The translations under genes and the position numbers were made by a program. DNA of 63,629 nucleotides, counting the filler, from Octopus bimaculoides (lineage: Eukaryota), in assembly GCF_001194135.2 (NCBI RefSeq). It is 6 parts of 5 records of this genome, joined end to end, with 100 filler letters (N's around TTAATTAATTAA, not from the genome) between each part and the next. Parts side by side here need not be neighbours in the genome. Positions count along the whole stretch, not along the records: positions 33,081 to 45,196 come from NC_068989.1; positions 45,297 to 59,121 come from NC_068986.1; 4 more parts are not named here. The stretch is one strand, 5' to 3'. Numbering within the stretch: the stretch's first letter is position 1; every line of letters starts with the position of its first letter. The notes beneath the pieces are model-generated. The model worked only from the letters and a program-made list of their open reading frames with translations, searched no databases and was not told the DNA's origin. Below are positions 33,975 through 47,339 of the stretch, piece after piece.

Positions 33975-36273
33975 ATAGTTGAAAAACTTACAGAAAAACG
34001 AAAACGAAGAGAGGTGTATAAACAACAAGCAGGCGTAATTGTTTGATGCCGCTCGTGAAAATCTTTTACGTTTCGAGCGTACGCATTTCAGCAGAAAAGA
34101 ACACGAGGAAATAAACAAAGAGAGAATAAAAAAAAAGAACTTGTTGATTTAGCAGTCAGTCATGGCAACTGGTTAGAAAAAGGTACTTAGGATTGAGAGC
34201 TAAGAAGAAAGGGAAATAATAAAGCTGTGCGTCCGAGTGTGTAAGTGAGAGAGTGTGTGTGTGTATGGATAGGGGCTGAAGATTTGACGCGTGGATGTGT
34301 GCGCGTGTGTGTGTGCGTGTCTCTAATATGTGAGTGTATGGATGGTGGTGTGGTTGCTGTGAAGTTGTCAGTGTTTGTGTGGGCATAGTGGTGTGGGGTG
34401 GTGTGATTCGGTGTGGTGGTGTGGTGGTGTGTGATGTGGTGTAGTGGTGTGAGTTTGGGATGAGAATGTAGGGGAAAGGATTTGGTGGTCGGGGATGGTG
34501 AAGAGGTGAAGGAGGTGGAGGTGTGGTGGTAGGTAGGACGGGGCAAGTGGGAATGGAATATGGAGTATGTAGAAGTGGGTGTGGTGTATGAAAGAAGGGA
34601 GAAGGTGTATAGAAGTGAAGAGAGGAAATATATGTCAGGGCAAGAGAGCAGAGGTGGGTAGGAATGAAGAGTTTCAGATGAAGAGAGGGTAGGAGGGGAA
34701 TCAGATGAAGAGGGGGTGGAAGTTGAGCCCATATGGCGCAAAGGAGTGAAGAGAGAAAAGTAAATCCTGTTCTCAGCGATGGCGGGATTCCAGATGGACG
34801 TTTGTGCGAAGACAATCCGAACACAGATAGGTATTGTAATGAATGACCGCTAGAGTGAAAATAGTGCGAGACCGGGGTGTCATTGCCGAATCTAATGTCT
34901 TGGAGGTGGTCCGCGAACCGGTCAGCCAAGCGGCGTTCCGTTTGACCGATGTAGAGGGAGGGCAGAAAGAGCAGGTGATGCAGTAAATGACGTTGCTAGA
35001 AATGCAGTTAAAGGAGTCAGTGATATGATTGGGACGATGAAGGGTGCCCGTTAGGATGGTAGTTTTGGAGAGGTAGGGCAAGTGTAGCAGTGTGGGCGGG
35101 AGCAAGGGAACGAGCCTGGTTAGGAGGTAGAGTTAGGGAAGACACTATGGACCAGCAGGTCACGTAGGTTGTGGGCTCGCTTGAAGGAGGGTAGGGATAT
35201 GTTGGGGAATATGTGCGAAGTGAATGGGTCGCCCTGGAGCCGCCGGAAGGTTGGGAAGATGATGTGTTGGACGGGCAGGGTGGAGGAGTGGTAGGTGATG
35301 GGAAACGGTGGAGTGTGTGCGAAGAGAGACAGCAGAGGCACGGTCCATGGAACGTGGTCTGACAAGGGCCGTGTGATAGTAGTGAGGGGATATTCATGAA
35401 GGATGAAGTGGTGAGCCATGCGTTGAGTCTCAAAGTCATGGTTGTCAATGCAGAGCCTGCGCAGACGGAGGAATTGAGTGTAGGGTATGGAAAGCTTGGT
35501 TCGGGTAGGGTGATAGGAGGAGAAGTTGAGGTATGAGTGTGGGTTGGTATGTTTGTAGTGGATGGTGGTAAAGAGAGCAGAGTTTTGTATGTTGAACGAA
35601 ATGTCGATAACGGCGACGGAAATGTTGGAAATAGTGCAGGAGCATTCGAGAGCAGGATGGAAGGATTGGACAAAAGAAAGGAAAGAGTCTAGTTGTTCGC
35701 GGAAGAGCAAGGTTGCACCAACACAGTCATTTATGTGACGACCGTATAGTTCGAGAGAGGGATCAGTGAATCTTGAAAATATTTGGCCTTCAACGTAGCC
35801 AACGATCAGGTTCGCATAGCTGGGCCTATTATCATTCCCATGACAATACCCAAGCCCCATTTGTTAATCTCCCCCACGAACGGGAAGCATTTGAGTGAGA
35901 GAACAAGTTCAGCCAGACGTAAAAGTGTGAACGTGTCAGGTTCGTGGTTGGGATCACCTTATATAACCTCTTGATATCAAGAGTGAAGGGAAGTTTAGAG
36001 AGGCCAGGAGGAAAGGAGAAAGAGATGAAAAGATGGAGAGCATGGTTAGTGTCGTGGACGTGGGAGTAGAGGGAAGCCACTAGGTGGGGCAAGGACAGGG
36101 TCGAGGTGTTTCGAGATCAGTTCCGTGGGGCAGTTACAGGCGGAGACGATGGGGTGGCCAGGGTTGTTGGTCTTGAGGATTTGGGGAAGGAAGTAAATGG
36201 TGGGGTTGCCTGGAGTGAGAACAATAAGGCTGGAGTCGGAGGTAGACGTGAGGAAGAGATGTGGTCATGGATA
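33975..36273 (-). mobile_element. Penelope-like element (RT + C-terminal GIY-YIG + long low-complexity 3' UTR), 5' part in gap
   Basis: YFLPQILKTNNPGHPIVSACNCPTELIS; LDIKRLYKVIP; PSYANLIVGYVE..LYGRHINDC; TTIHYKHTNPHSYLNFSSYHP..IPYTQFLRLRRLC; NCISSNVIYCITCSFC..LADRFADHLQDIR..PVSHYF..GHS; multiple frameshifts. Confidence 0.93.
34061..34100 (-). ncRNA. Minimal type I hammerhead motif at the PLE 3' end
   Basis: TCTTTT-CTGCTGA-A-ATGC/GTAC/GCTC-GAAAC-GTA-AAAGA. Confidence 0.6.
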
Positions 36274-36944
36274 NNNNNNNNNNNNNNNNNNNNNNNNNNN
36301 NNNNNNNNNNNNNNNNNNNNNNNNNNNNNNNNNNNNNNNNNNNNNNNNNNNNNNNNNNNNNNNNNNNNNNNNNNNNNNNNNNNNNNNNNNNNNNNNNNNN
36401 NNNNNNNNNNNNNNNNNNNNNNNNNNNNNNNNNNNNNNNNNNNNNNNNNNNNNNNNNNNNNNNNNNNNNNNNNNNNNNNNNNNNNNNNNNNNNNNNNNNN
36501 NNNNNNNNNNNNNNNNNNNNNNNNNNNNNNNNNNNNNNNNNNNNNNNNNNNNNNNNNNNNNNNNNNNNNNNNNNNNNNNNNNNNNNNNNNNNNNNNNNNN
36601 NNNNNNNNNNNNNNNNNNNNNNNNNNNNNNNNNNNNNNNNNNNNNNNNNNNNNNNNNNNNNNNNNNNNNNNNNNNNNNNNNNNNNNNNNNNNNNNNNNNN
36701 NNNNNNNNNNNNNNNNNNNNNNNNNNNNNNNNNNNNNNNNNNNNNNNNNNNNNNNNNNNNNNNNNNNNNNNNNNNNNNNNNNNNNNNNNNNNNNNNNNNN
36801 NNNNNNNNNNNNNNNNNNNNNNNNNNNNNNNNNNNNNNNNNNNNNNNNNNNNNNNNNNNNNNNNNNNNNNNNNNNNNNNNNNNNNNNNNNNNNNNNNNNN
36901 NNNNNNNNNNNNNNNNNNNNNNNNNNNNNNNNNNNNNNNNNNNN

Positions 36945-36982
<38 letters not shown>

Positions 36983-39591
36983 TATATATTTATATGCATA
37001 TATATATATACGTATATATGTATGTATACATATATAGATACAGATGGACTCATACATAGGTAGCTACCTACCTACATATATAATACATACATATGTACGT
37101 ATATACACACATACATAAATATTTGCAGATATACATACAAGCAGAAGAGTGGTCTGATTTCATTTTTTTTTTACTGTTTCGTTTGTCACGTGTAATGTCG
37201 TCTGTGTCCATTCGTTTTTTCTCAAATTTTCTCATTCGTTATCTTTTGTTTCTGATTGATTTGACGTTATTTTTCTCTTTCCATTGTTTTTTGCTCTCTA
37301 CATTATAAGTAAAAACTATACATCTATATTAAACATTTATTTACTGCAAGTCACATGAGCACTTCCTTGAACAGGAAAGCAACATTTACCGTTTTCTTAT
37401 TCTATACGGCCGTTTCATATCCATAGCTACACTATTCGTTATATATCATTATCGTTAAGGTAATGAACTAAGATTTTGAAACAAAATTTACCGATATTCT
37501 TTTATATTAACAGTTATCATATTTTATTTAGTTGTACACGCGATTGATAAACATTATCGACTGAATGGTTAAGATACTAAACCTCTAACTAACTAAGTTT
37601 CTGATCATATGTTGGGCCTTTAAAATAATCTACTTAAACTTGGGACTCAGACAACATAGAAGAAAAGAAAAATTGCAACCCAGTACTTATATGTTAGAGG
37701 AGAAGGTATGAATACGTTACTAAGTCTTTTGTTTAATAGAACGTGATCTGTGAATGAATCTCTAAGATGTGTGGCAGGTTAGGTAAGTCTCCTCTACAAT
37801 ATTCTCGAGTTGACTTAAGCAATGTGTCTGTAAATAGGTCGACGTGTCCGTTCATATTTTGGAGCGTTATATCTAATACATGCTTCGGTTCAACTTCGCC
37901 CCAAAACTTCGATTAATATTACGGTAGTCCAAATTATAGCTTAGCATTCGCGATCGGTTACTGAAATCAACCTACCTTTTCATTCCTCATCCCATCACTC
38001 ACATACATCTTATTCCAATGAGGAAAATACATTCAAAACAATCGATCGACTGCTTATATATTTCCAGATGTGTGTGTAAACAAATATGACCATAAAGTTT
38101 AATCGTTTGTCCGCTTTACTTGTATGCACCAGTTCTGCTGAAGCAGACCAAGCACACTGTTTAGACAACGACAGTAGCATCTACAATTCACAAAAACAAA
38201 GGTATGCATGCGCACACCTGCTACATTTTCATTGCCGCTTCAATGAACATCCGTGAAGTTAGAAAGATTTTTAGACTTATAGTCTGTGATGAACTGGAAT
38301 GGTAATTTTGAAATACGACTTCGAAAACACTGCATCCTAAGGACTATTATAAACTTTTTGCGTAGTTTTTAAATCTGCCAAGAATGACCTATACAAATTT
38401 ACGGCCAACATATGGTTGCATCTGCTAAATAATATGATCATAGAACATACGAAAAAAATTAATATTTCAGTTTCGCAAATGATCCATCACTAATACGATA
38501 TCACTGATGCCACTTTAGAAAACGGATCGATAATATCTGCTGTGTGTTTTCGATTTACAAACGATAGACACCGATTAGGATATTGCGTGAAACAATGTCT
38601 ATTCCCACATTCACTCGTACCTTGGAATTTCCACAAAAGTATGTCATTTTTGCCAGTAACTATATATTTATGTCATGCTTATCGTTAACGGCGCTACACA
38701 TACAATCTGGAAAAATTTATAGGTTTTTAGGATAAAAAAAAAAAAGAAATTCGTTTTCCCTTAATTAAAAAAAATCTGAGTTATCCAATGATCAAAATGA
38801 CACCCACAAATTTATATATGGCATTAGAAAAGGTGGAATATATCCGGCAACTGCAAATATTACATATACTTTTATTAGTCTATGATTATATATGTATGCA
38901 TGTATGTATATATATACATATATATATATATATATAGATACATATATATATAAATATATTATTTTATTTAAAAGAGTTCCAACTTTGTTTTTTATGTTTT
39001 ATTTATATTCTTGTAAAATTAATGTAGGATATAGAATGTGGAATATATAATAGATAATATAAAAATGGATGGTACAATGAAATGAAGTATTGAATGTCTT
39101 ATTGAATATATGAAATATTGAGTGTTCAATATAAAAGATTAAATATATAAAGGCAAATACGTATTTTCTATACCTTGTGGTATTTCATCATGACCGGTAT
39201 GACAGACTATATATTTATATATATATATATATATAAGTCCAAGAGGGAAGACACAGGGAAGAAGTTCAACTACGGATTTAATAAAAAGAATTGTATATTA
39301 ATACAGAGATATACAAATATGAAAATGTATATGAATGTTAAAAATATGCAAGAACAAATAAATATATGCATATATAGATATAATTGAGTATAGATACAAA
39401 TATAGATGAGGATAATAAAATATACATATATAGAAAGACATTTCGTTTAGAAATTATATTCAGGGAGTAATAAATGTTTAAACAGAGTTTTGTGTATCAT
39501 ACTTACATGAAAAAAAGTATTCCTACGATCGCTTCAAGGGTTCATTCCGAGAGTACATGTATTCACACCATATATAAACATAAATATTTAC

Positions 39592-39646
<55 letters not shown>

Positions 39647-39647
39647 T

Positions 39648-39686
<39 letters not shown>

Positions 39687-39913
39687 TGCAAAACAAAAAC
39701 ATGCTCACATACACACATACACATACGCACATATACCCACGCATATATATACATTTTTCGTTTATATTGACTTTATTTTGAGTTATATAACATTTATTTT
39801 AATTCTTGGATGGAATTTATAAATATTTTTATGATGCCAACTGGCGATTCCAGTTCTGTGGGATCGCATTGAATCGTATATGATAAATATAGTTATGATA
39901 ATAATAATAATTT

Positions 39914-39960
39914 TCAGATGGAATTTATAAAAATTTTAAAGCATCGCTAGGCACGCTTAC
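39914..39960 (-). repeat. ATT-tailed dispersed repeat end
   Basis: Preceded on + by (AAT)n; homologous to 40340-40403 in the opposite orientation. Confidence 0.45.
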
Positions 39961-40339
39961 GTACGTTTTTTTGTTCCTGAAGATCATAGTCCGTATTCCT
40001 GGGATGTTTACACTGCCGACCGTAATGTCCATGGATATAGGACAGGTCCTGTTCATGCATTCATTTCTTTGGGCTATATTGCATTAATGGATATTTAACT
40101 GAGAGTTGTTTATAAAATTTTGACCAATGAAAAGATTGATTGCGGTATCTGAGCATTTCTGAGTATATTTAATGGTGAGGGGTGGATGTTAATGGAAATG
40201 GAGGAAGGAATCATAGTTATAAGATGATGGAGGTGTGTGGTAAATTTGGATTTATGTTGTCATTTGATTATGCAGATGTCAGGATGGCAAGTGTAGTCCT
40301 TCAGTTTGATTTTATTCACAACAAGTCTTCCGTGAGTAA

Positions 40340-40404
40340 GAAGCATGTGAACTGTGGAAATGCACGTAGCAATGCTTTAGAATATTTACAAATTTCATAC
40401 AAGA

Positions 40405-40481
<77 letters not shown>

Positions 40482-40503
40482 CATTATTATTATTATTATT
40501 ATT
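40340..40503 (+). repeat. Retroposon-like 3' end followed by a long (ATT)n tail
   Basis: gcacgtagcaatgctttagaatatttacaaatttcatacaagaa followed by (ATT)n at 40404-40503. Confidence 0.55.
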
Positions 40504-40775
40504 GCTATATTCATCCGACATTGTATCACCACAGCTCGGTGCGACTCAGAAACACTGGAATCAGCTGTTCGCATCATTATGCTGTAGCCGGTATAATAGA
40601 ATATGAGCTTTTATATTCGTATTCGAAACGTTTCCCGTAAACGAAATTAAAGGCTTTATATATATAGGCGATAGTAAAACACACATGACCAAACTTCTCC
40701 ACAGTGAGACTGCACCTGCATATATAAAGATGCATATACCTATGTACACACATACACATACTTAGACACACACAC

Positions 40776-40841
<66 letters not shown>

Positions 40842-41364
40842 CATTTTTTTGCACAACCTTTGTGGAATGCAGTCATATAAGAAATATCGAGTTTAGAATC
40901 ATGGTAAATATGCTACTCTTTTGGAAATACAAGCTGAGTGCATGTGTATTTTGTTAAAACAACTTTCACTCTATCAGTGATGTATCTCACAATTTTTCAA
41001 GCGATGAAATTAGAGGCACTTCTACGCTTCCAGCTATAGAAGATCAAGATATTCCTAACAGCTGTCATATATTTCATTATAGAAGTCCCATAAAATAAGT
41101 TCTAGAAACATATGTAAGCATGTGTGAGCGGATNNNNNNNNNNNNNNNNNNNNNNNNNNNNNNNNNNNNNNNNNNNNNNNNNNNNNNNNNNNNNNNNNNN
41201 NNNNNNNNNNNNNNNNNNNNNNNNNNNNNNNNNNNNNNNNNNNNNNNNNNNNNNNNNNNNNNNNNNNNNNNNNNNNNNNNNNNNNNNNNNNNNNNNNNNN
41301 NNNNNNNNNNNNNNNNNNNNNNNNNNNNNNNNNNNNNNNNNTATATTAAGAGATAGACAAGTAT

Positions 41365-41445
<81 letters not shown>

Positions 41446-43202
41446 GAGATACATACATGCATAGATATTTAATATGTTCAAGGAGTAACCAAATCTTTGA
41501 GTTAAGCAGGCTATTAAAATGTCGAGGATGGTTTCTGTTAATCAAATTGAGTAATCTATCTAACTGCCGATGACAGGGGCAAAGAAAATCAAAATAAATC
41601 GTTCCAAGTTTTCCAAAGTAGAAACTATTTAATCATCATCAAGAGAGTATGTTTCCAATCGATAATTCGCTGTTGTTGCTATTTTTCATTTTGGGCAGGT
41701 AATACAAACTAAGGAATATATTATTTTTTTCCCTATATTGGAAAGCGAACTTGAACTATTACAACACACACACACATGAGACTATTGATTGACTAACTTC
41801 TTAGTGAGAATTCATAAACAAATCAAGACGAAGATCGAAGGCAACACAGTAAATCACGAAAGAAATACAAAACAGCAAAGTAAGGAGAGAATATCGATCG
41901 GAGAAAAGCGCTTGTCTTTTAAAGTTTCTAATTTGCTTTTGTTTTTGCTTTTTGATTTTTTCTTAGGACAGGGCAGAGGTAGGTGTTAATTTTGAATTTT
42001 GGTTAAAACGTATCTAAAACTTGCTGTTCAATAATATCAGCAAATTTGGCAATAATATGACTACAGTTTATTGGTTAGTGAATGTGTCAGGTATATCGCC
42101 AGGTTTTCTGAATTACCAAAGAAAGATGTATGAACGTTAGTAAAAACCTACCTAAACGCGTTTATATGGGCAGTCGGGTTCTGCTTCTGCATTACACTAC
42201 AATTACCCGCAATACCTATAAATCACTGTTGAACTGCAGGATGATATTTTACAACGAAGCATATCATGTAACTTAAATTTTTGAACCTGCAGAAATAAAT
42301 GACTTTTTACTCTTAAATTCGACAATTATTTTGTGTTGGGCAATATATTAAATAAAAAGCTGTTCGTTAGCGTAGTATGTTTCAACCGTCCCAATTATTG
42401 TCATGTTACATGCTAGCAGCACAGAAATAGCAAATATATTTTAAAGACACCGAGTTATATACGATATAGATGGGTATGCGGAATACTAATAAAAGTATTA
42501 CTTGAAGGATACTAGAAGGGTTTACAACAGAATGTATGGAATATTTATTCCATTCAACATTCAATAAAAGTGAAATAACAGGATTCAGACTTTTGCATGA
42601 TTATCATATACTTTCAAATTCTTCTCCTTACGTTCAACTGTTTTGATGTTCAATATTATTGATGTTTAGTTTGTTAAATTTGCAATTGCTTACTGCTTTT
42701 GTTTTTTTTTTACTTCAATCTTTCTGCAAGCATAGGAACAATCGCTGCTTTTCATCATCATTGTCATTTGCACACAGATGACATACGAAAATTGAAGTGA
42801 TCAGCAAAACATAATACTTTACTACATTGCGAGTTTCTGATGAAAAAGTGTTATTACGTTCTGATACAGAAGAAACCAACCAGGGTCAGATTTTACTATA
42901 GAAGAAAATACAAATATTACTAACTCGTTTCTCTGCAGGTGTGTATATATACAACGAGAGGGAGAAAGAAAGATATCGATACATACTTACACACGTATAT
43001 GTGTGTTTGTGTGTGCTCATATGCACATGTGTATATATATGCACCCCCACACACGCACATATATATATACATACATATACATTATAAATATATATATATG
43101 GATATATATACATATACCCACGCACACATACACACATGCGTACACACAGATATATATTAACATATGTGTGTGTGCGCGCGCGCGTTCGTGTATATGCGTG
43201 CA

Positions 43203-43244
<42 letters not shown>

Positions 43245-43903
43245 TACATATGTATGTCTGTATTTACTATAGTTCACCTAATTTACCTTTCTAATGGTCG
43301 CAGTTTCTATTTCGATAAATTATCTGAATGAATATGTGTATAATGACTTCGTTGGTGATCAAATTTTTGTGTACATCCTATACGTTAAGTAAAATATCTA
43401 GCGTCAAAAGCTAAGTTTAATTGCAGGAACATGCTATAACATGGACTTGTGTGTATCCACATTACTCTTTTGGCCATTTCCATCACAGTTTTCTGTTTAA
43501 AATACTTTCTTTTTTAAACTTACGTAAAGTTCAGTTATTTATAGAGAATCAGGACAATAGATAGCGCTCGTGACTACTCAATGACTTCGTGGTGTAGTGA
43601 AGTAAATTGACTTCAACTCATAATTGAAAGCTTTTGCATAGGCAAATCGCCAAGAGATTACTTATTATACCTGAAAGTTTCTATTCTCATGTTAAAGGAT
43701 ATAGTCGTAGCATGAAAAACAGTAAAGACCTATTCACACTGTACATTCCTGGTAAACAAGCTAATGATACGTCGTGAAGTATATACACATGTATGTTCAT
43801 ATATATATATATATACATGCATACATACATGCATACATATGTATATGCATATAAGTGTGTGTGCGTTTATATATATATATATATATGTATAAGTGTATAT
43901 AGC

Positions 43904-43956
<53 letters not shown>

Positions 43957-44022
43957 NNNNNNNNNNNNNNNNNNNNNNNNNNNNNNNNNNNNNNNNNNNN
44001 NNNNNNAGATAGATAGATAGAG

Positions 44023-44086
<64 letters not shown>

Positions 44087-45296
44087 GGGTGTATATTACA
44101 CTTATATACATACATATGTTTCTGTGCATGTATGTATAACTCATATACATATATGAAATTTGTACTTGTGTGCGTATATAAAAGAATGCTCCGAAAAAAT
44201 CTTCTTAATTAATTGTATTATATTGTGCCAAAGGACGAAAGATTGACTTTCGTCTCTGATAATTTATTTGCAAAATTAAGAGTAAGCGAAAATAAGGAGC
44301 AAATAACATCTGTGTCCTTCAAACTACAAAAAAAAAAGAACAATCGTGCAAGAGCTTGAATTAAGATTCGACTACTTCGTGGCTAATCAGATATACAATG
44401 TATATGAAATGTAAAATCGGTTTTCGCAAAAATATCTGCTTCAAGTTTGTGTAGGCATATGACCGGAAATGATGTCAAAAGTGTCGCTCGAGTTGGAATA
44501 CCATCATGCAGCATAGTCAGCTAAAGATTCATGCTTAGAAAATGATTAAGGATAATCAGTACGTGACGGTAACCCGACGGATTTGATAAATTCGTACCCA
44601 TCCATCCACTGTCACTTTAACTTTTTATTACGCATGCAAGCTGAAAGCAAACAAATTCTATCTTCCTTTCGTTGATTGCGTTTTACACAGGTAAAACGAA
44701 AAACAACTATTCATTTCCGTTCGAAAATGATTCAGAATTGATTTTTAGGTATAAATGACGCCATGCAGGCGACATTCAACTATTCTTATCTTCTTTCAAT
44801 ACGATTTATTATATTTAGCTTTCCTAATCTATTTTCTCGTGTTGCTTTCAAAGAATTCCTCAACATTTCCCTCGCATACTTTTGAACAAGTAAAACTTAA
44901 AGATATCTTAGATAAAAGTTAAAGTGTCTTTTTAAATGAAATAAAAAAAAATAAAAAAATTAAGAAATAACTCAAAGTTATTAACGACTTGCACTGTCCC
45001 AAAAAGAGTATAAATCATGTTAAATTTATCTTACATTTTCTTAAGTGCTTCTCATTTACACTTCTCGCTTACAGTCACCATTTTGATCAAACTGTAGGAC
45101 CGAATGTATACGAATATAACCATACGAAAATAAACTGTTTATCAAAGACTTAGATTTTAATGTCCGTACACATTTAGATATGCATGTATATATATANNNN
45201 NNNNNNNNNNNNNNNNNNNNNNNNNNNNNNNNNNNNNNNNTTAATTAATTAANNNNNNNNNNNNNNNNNNNNNNNNNNNNNNNNNNNNNNNNNNNN

Positions 45297-45340
<44 letters not shown>

Positions 45341-45347
45341 CATATAT

Positions 45348-45504
45348 ACGACGGGCTTCTTTCAGTTTCCGTCTACCAACTCGACTCACAAGGCTTTGGT
45401 TAGCCCGAGGCTACAGTAGAAGACACTTGCCCAAGATTCTACGCAGTGAGACTGAACCCGGAACCATGTGGTTGGTATGCAAGCTACTTACCACACAGCC
45501 GCGC
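45348..45504 (-). mobile_element. SINE family A
   Basis: cgacgggcttctttcagtttccgtc...gaaccatgtggttgg...cttaccacacagcc. Confidence 0.9.
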
Positions 45505-45789
45505 AGATATTATAAAAACCATTCAATCCCCGACAAGATTTGAAATTGGAACATATAGGAATGTGAGTAAAGACCACTATGAATTATGTCAACTTGCAAC
45601 ACTCTGTCATTTCCACAGTCTTCCGTTCACTGTAAAGAGGGCGCTACTGCCTTCCGCCAGAACAAAAATCCTACACTTGTTATGTGCCTATCGCTTTAAC
45701 TCTCTCAAACACATGTAATCGCTACAGTTTTCATAGTAATAGTAAATCAATTATATTTACTCTTTTATGAGTGAAGTTGTGTTTTACTC

Positions 45790-46780
45790 AGAGTATCTGC
45801 GCAAGATTTTCTTTGTCTGCGTCTTCTTCGCCTTCATATAAGTAATCCCTTGAGAAAACTCATCTTTTAACATTGAGTTCTCGCGAGAAACATACCTAAA
45901 GTAAGCGAACTTTCGGCGTTTTATTGCAACAAGGACTTGCTGCTTGACAATGCTGTTTTGACTTGTTCTCTGTATACGAGAAGCGTGGCAGACTTCGGAA
46001 GTACTTCAGTAGTTCAAACGTCTGGAAAAAAGACAGCTAACAACCTGAATAGCACTTGCTTCTGGACGCAAAAATATATATCTTCAGCTCATTTTTAAAG
46101 ATTTTTACAGAGCAAAAAAACAGGAATCTTTATTAATTGTTTCATAGTGTTTAGATTTAGAACAGTTCTTCATTACTCGGCACTTGCACGTCTATTTATC
46201 TTTTAATACAGAGCTTTTTTATCTGATTCATAGACACATTACAGTAAAGACACTTAATTTCTTTACGCAGAGGACCACACTGCTTCATAAAGTTAATTAC
46301 CGGAAGAAGATCATCAACTAATATTGTTTTAATTATTATTATATATTTTTAAAGTGTGCCGTCCGTTTTGATGGATGTTCCGATATCTTGTTATTTGTGT
46401 TAATTGACTTATTCAAGTACAAAGTTAAACTGAATCGGCAAAATAAAGAGTTTCGCAGTTCAAGAATATAAAGGAACCGACACCAAAGAGGAACTAATTC
46501 TAATAATTGAATTATTAAAATGACCTCAAGTATGTCCTTTTTTAAAACATATGGTTGATTATGAACGTAGATTAGTTTAAGTCTAGCCAATTTTATGACT
46601 ACTCCAGTACCTTTGATATTGACCGAGTTAATGGTTTTTCTCAAAGGATTGATTCTACTTTGATGTCGATTCCGTCGAATTCTTGTTTTGGGTATATGTT
46701 ATTATCCAAGAAGAGTTAGTTCACAAATACCTTTTAAACCTCATTATAAAATTATAGAACACGAAGAAGCTCATAAAAAC
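45790..46780 (-). mobile_element. RTE-like LINE ORF2 3' remnant (frameshifted, interrupted)
   Basis: FKRYL; KLARLKLI..LVPLWCRF; TFELLKYFRSLPRFSYTENKS; VLVAIKRRKFAYFRYVSRENSMLK..SQG match RTE C-terminal motifs (AFE.KC.RRLLRISY.EHKTN; VKRRKL.WFGHV.R..SL.K..LQG). Confidence 0.7.
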
Positions 46781-47278
46781 TTAGAGAACTGCAAATAGGT
46801 TTAGGCTTCGTGATCTTTATAAGCTCCTACATTGCAAGACAGAGCCAATGTGGTGGCGGAGTGTTACACATGCTAAAAATAGCCGCCCAGTTTGTTTTTA
46901 AAGTCACCCAACCATCTTGGAAAATAAAGGATACCGTTACACAATGCCTTAGATATCTGAACAAAAAAAAAACGATGTGGTTACGGCTGAAATGCCATTG
47001 ATCGTTGGTTTCTCGATGTGAGTTGAGCCGGTGCTAAACAACTATAAAAACAAACACAAGCATATTTTCTTCTTCAGGCTACGCAACACCTGATGAGTTC
47101 AAAAGATTGTTGCTATGAGATTAAATATCCTCCGGTAAGGTCAGTTGAGAGAAATGTTTCGACTCTTTAGACAAAGTAGATAGTAGCGAAAGTGATGTTT
47201 AAAGACCAATGACTGAGAGTAAAGAACATGTTTGTTCAGTGACTATATTCAATTCAGTTGTTTAAAATAATGCCGACG

Positions 47279-47339
<61 letters not shown>

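Noticed and set aside
45790-46040. Apparent host exon(s) with AG/GT sites on the minus strand
   Set aside because: The peptides match RTE LINE C-terminal motifs across a frameshift
47089-47165. Other CTGATGA hits (47089, 28996, 42837)
   Set aside because: No paired stem II followed by GAAA and a UH site
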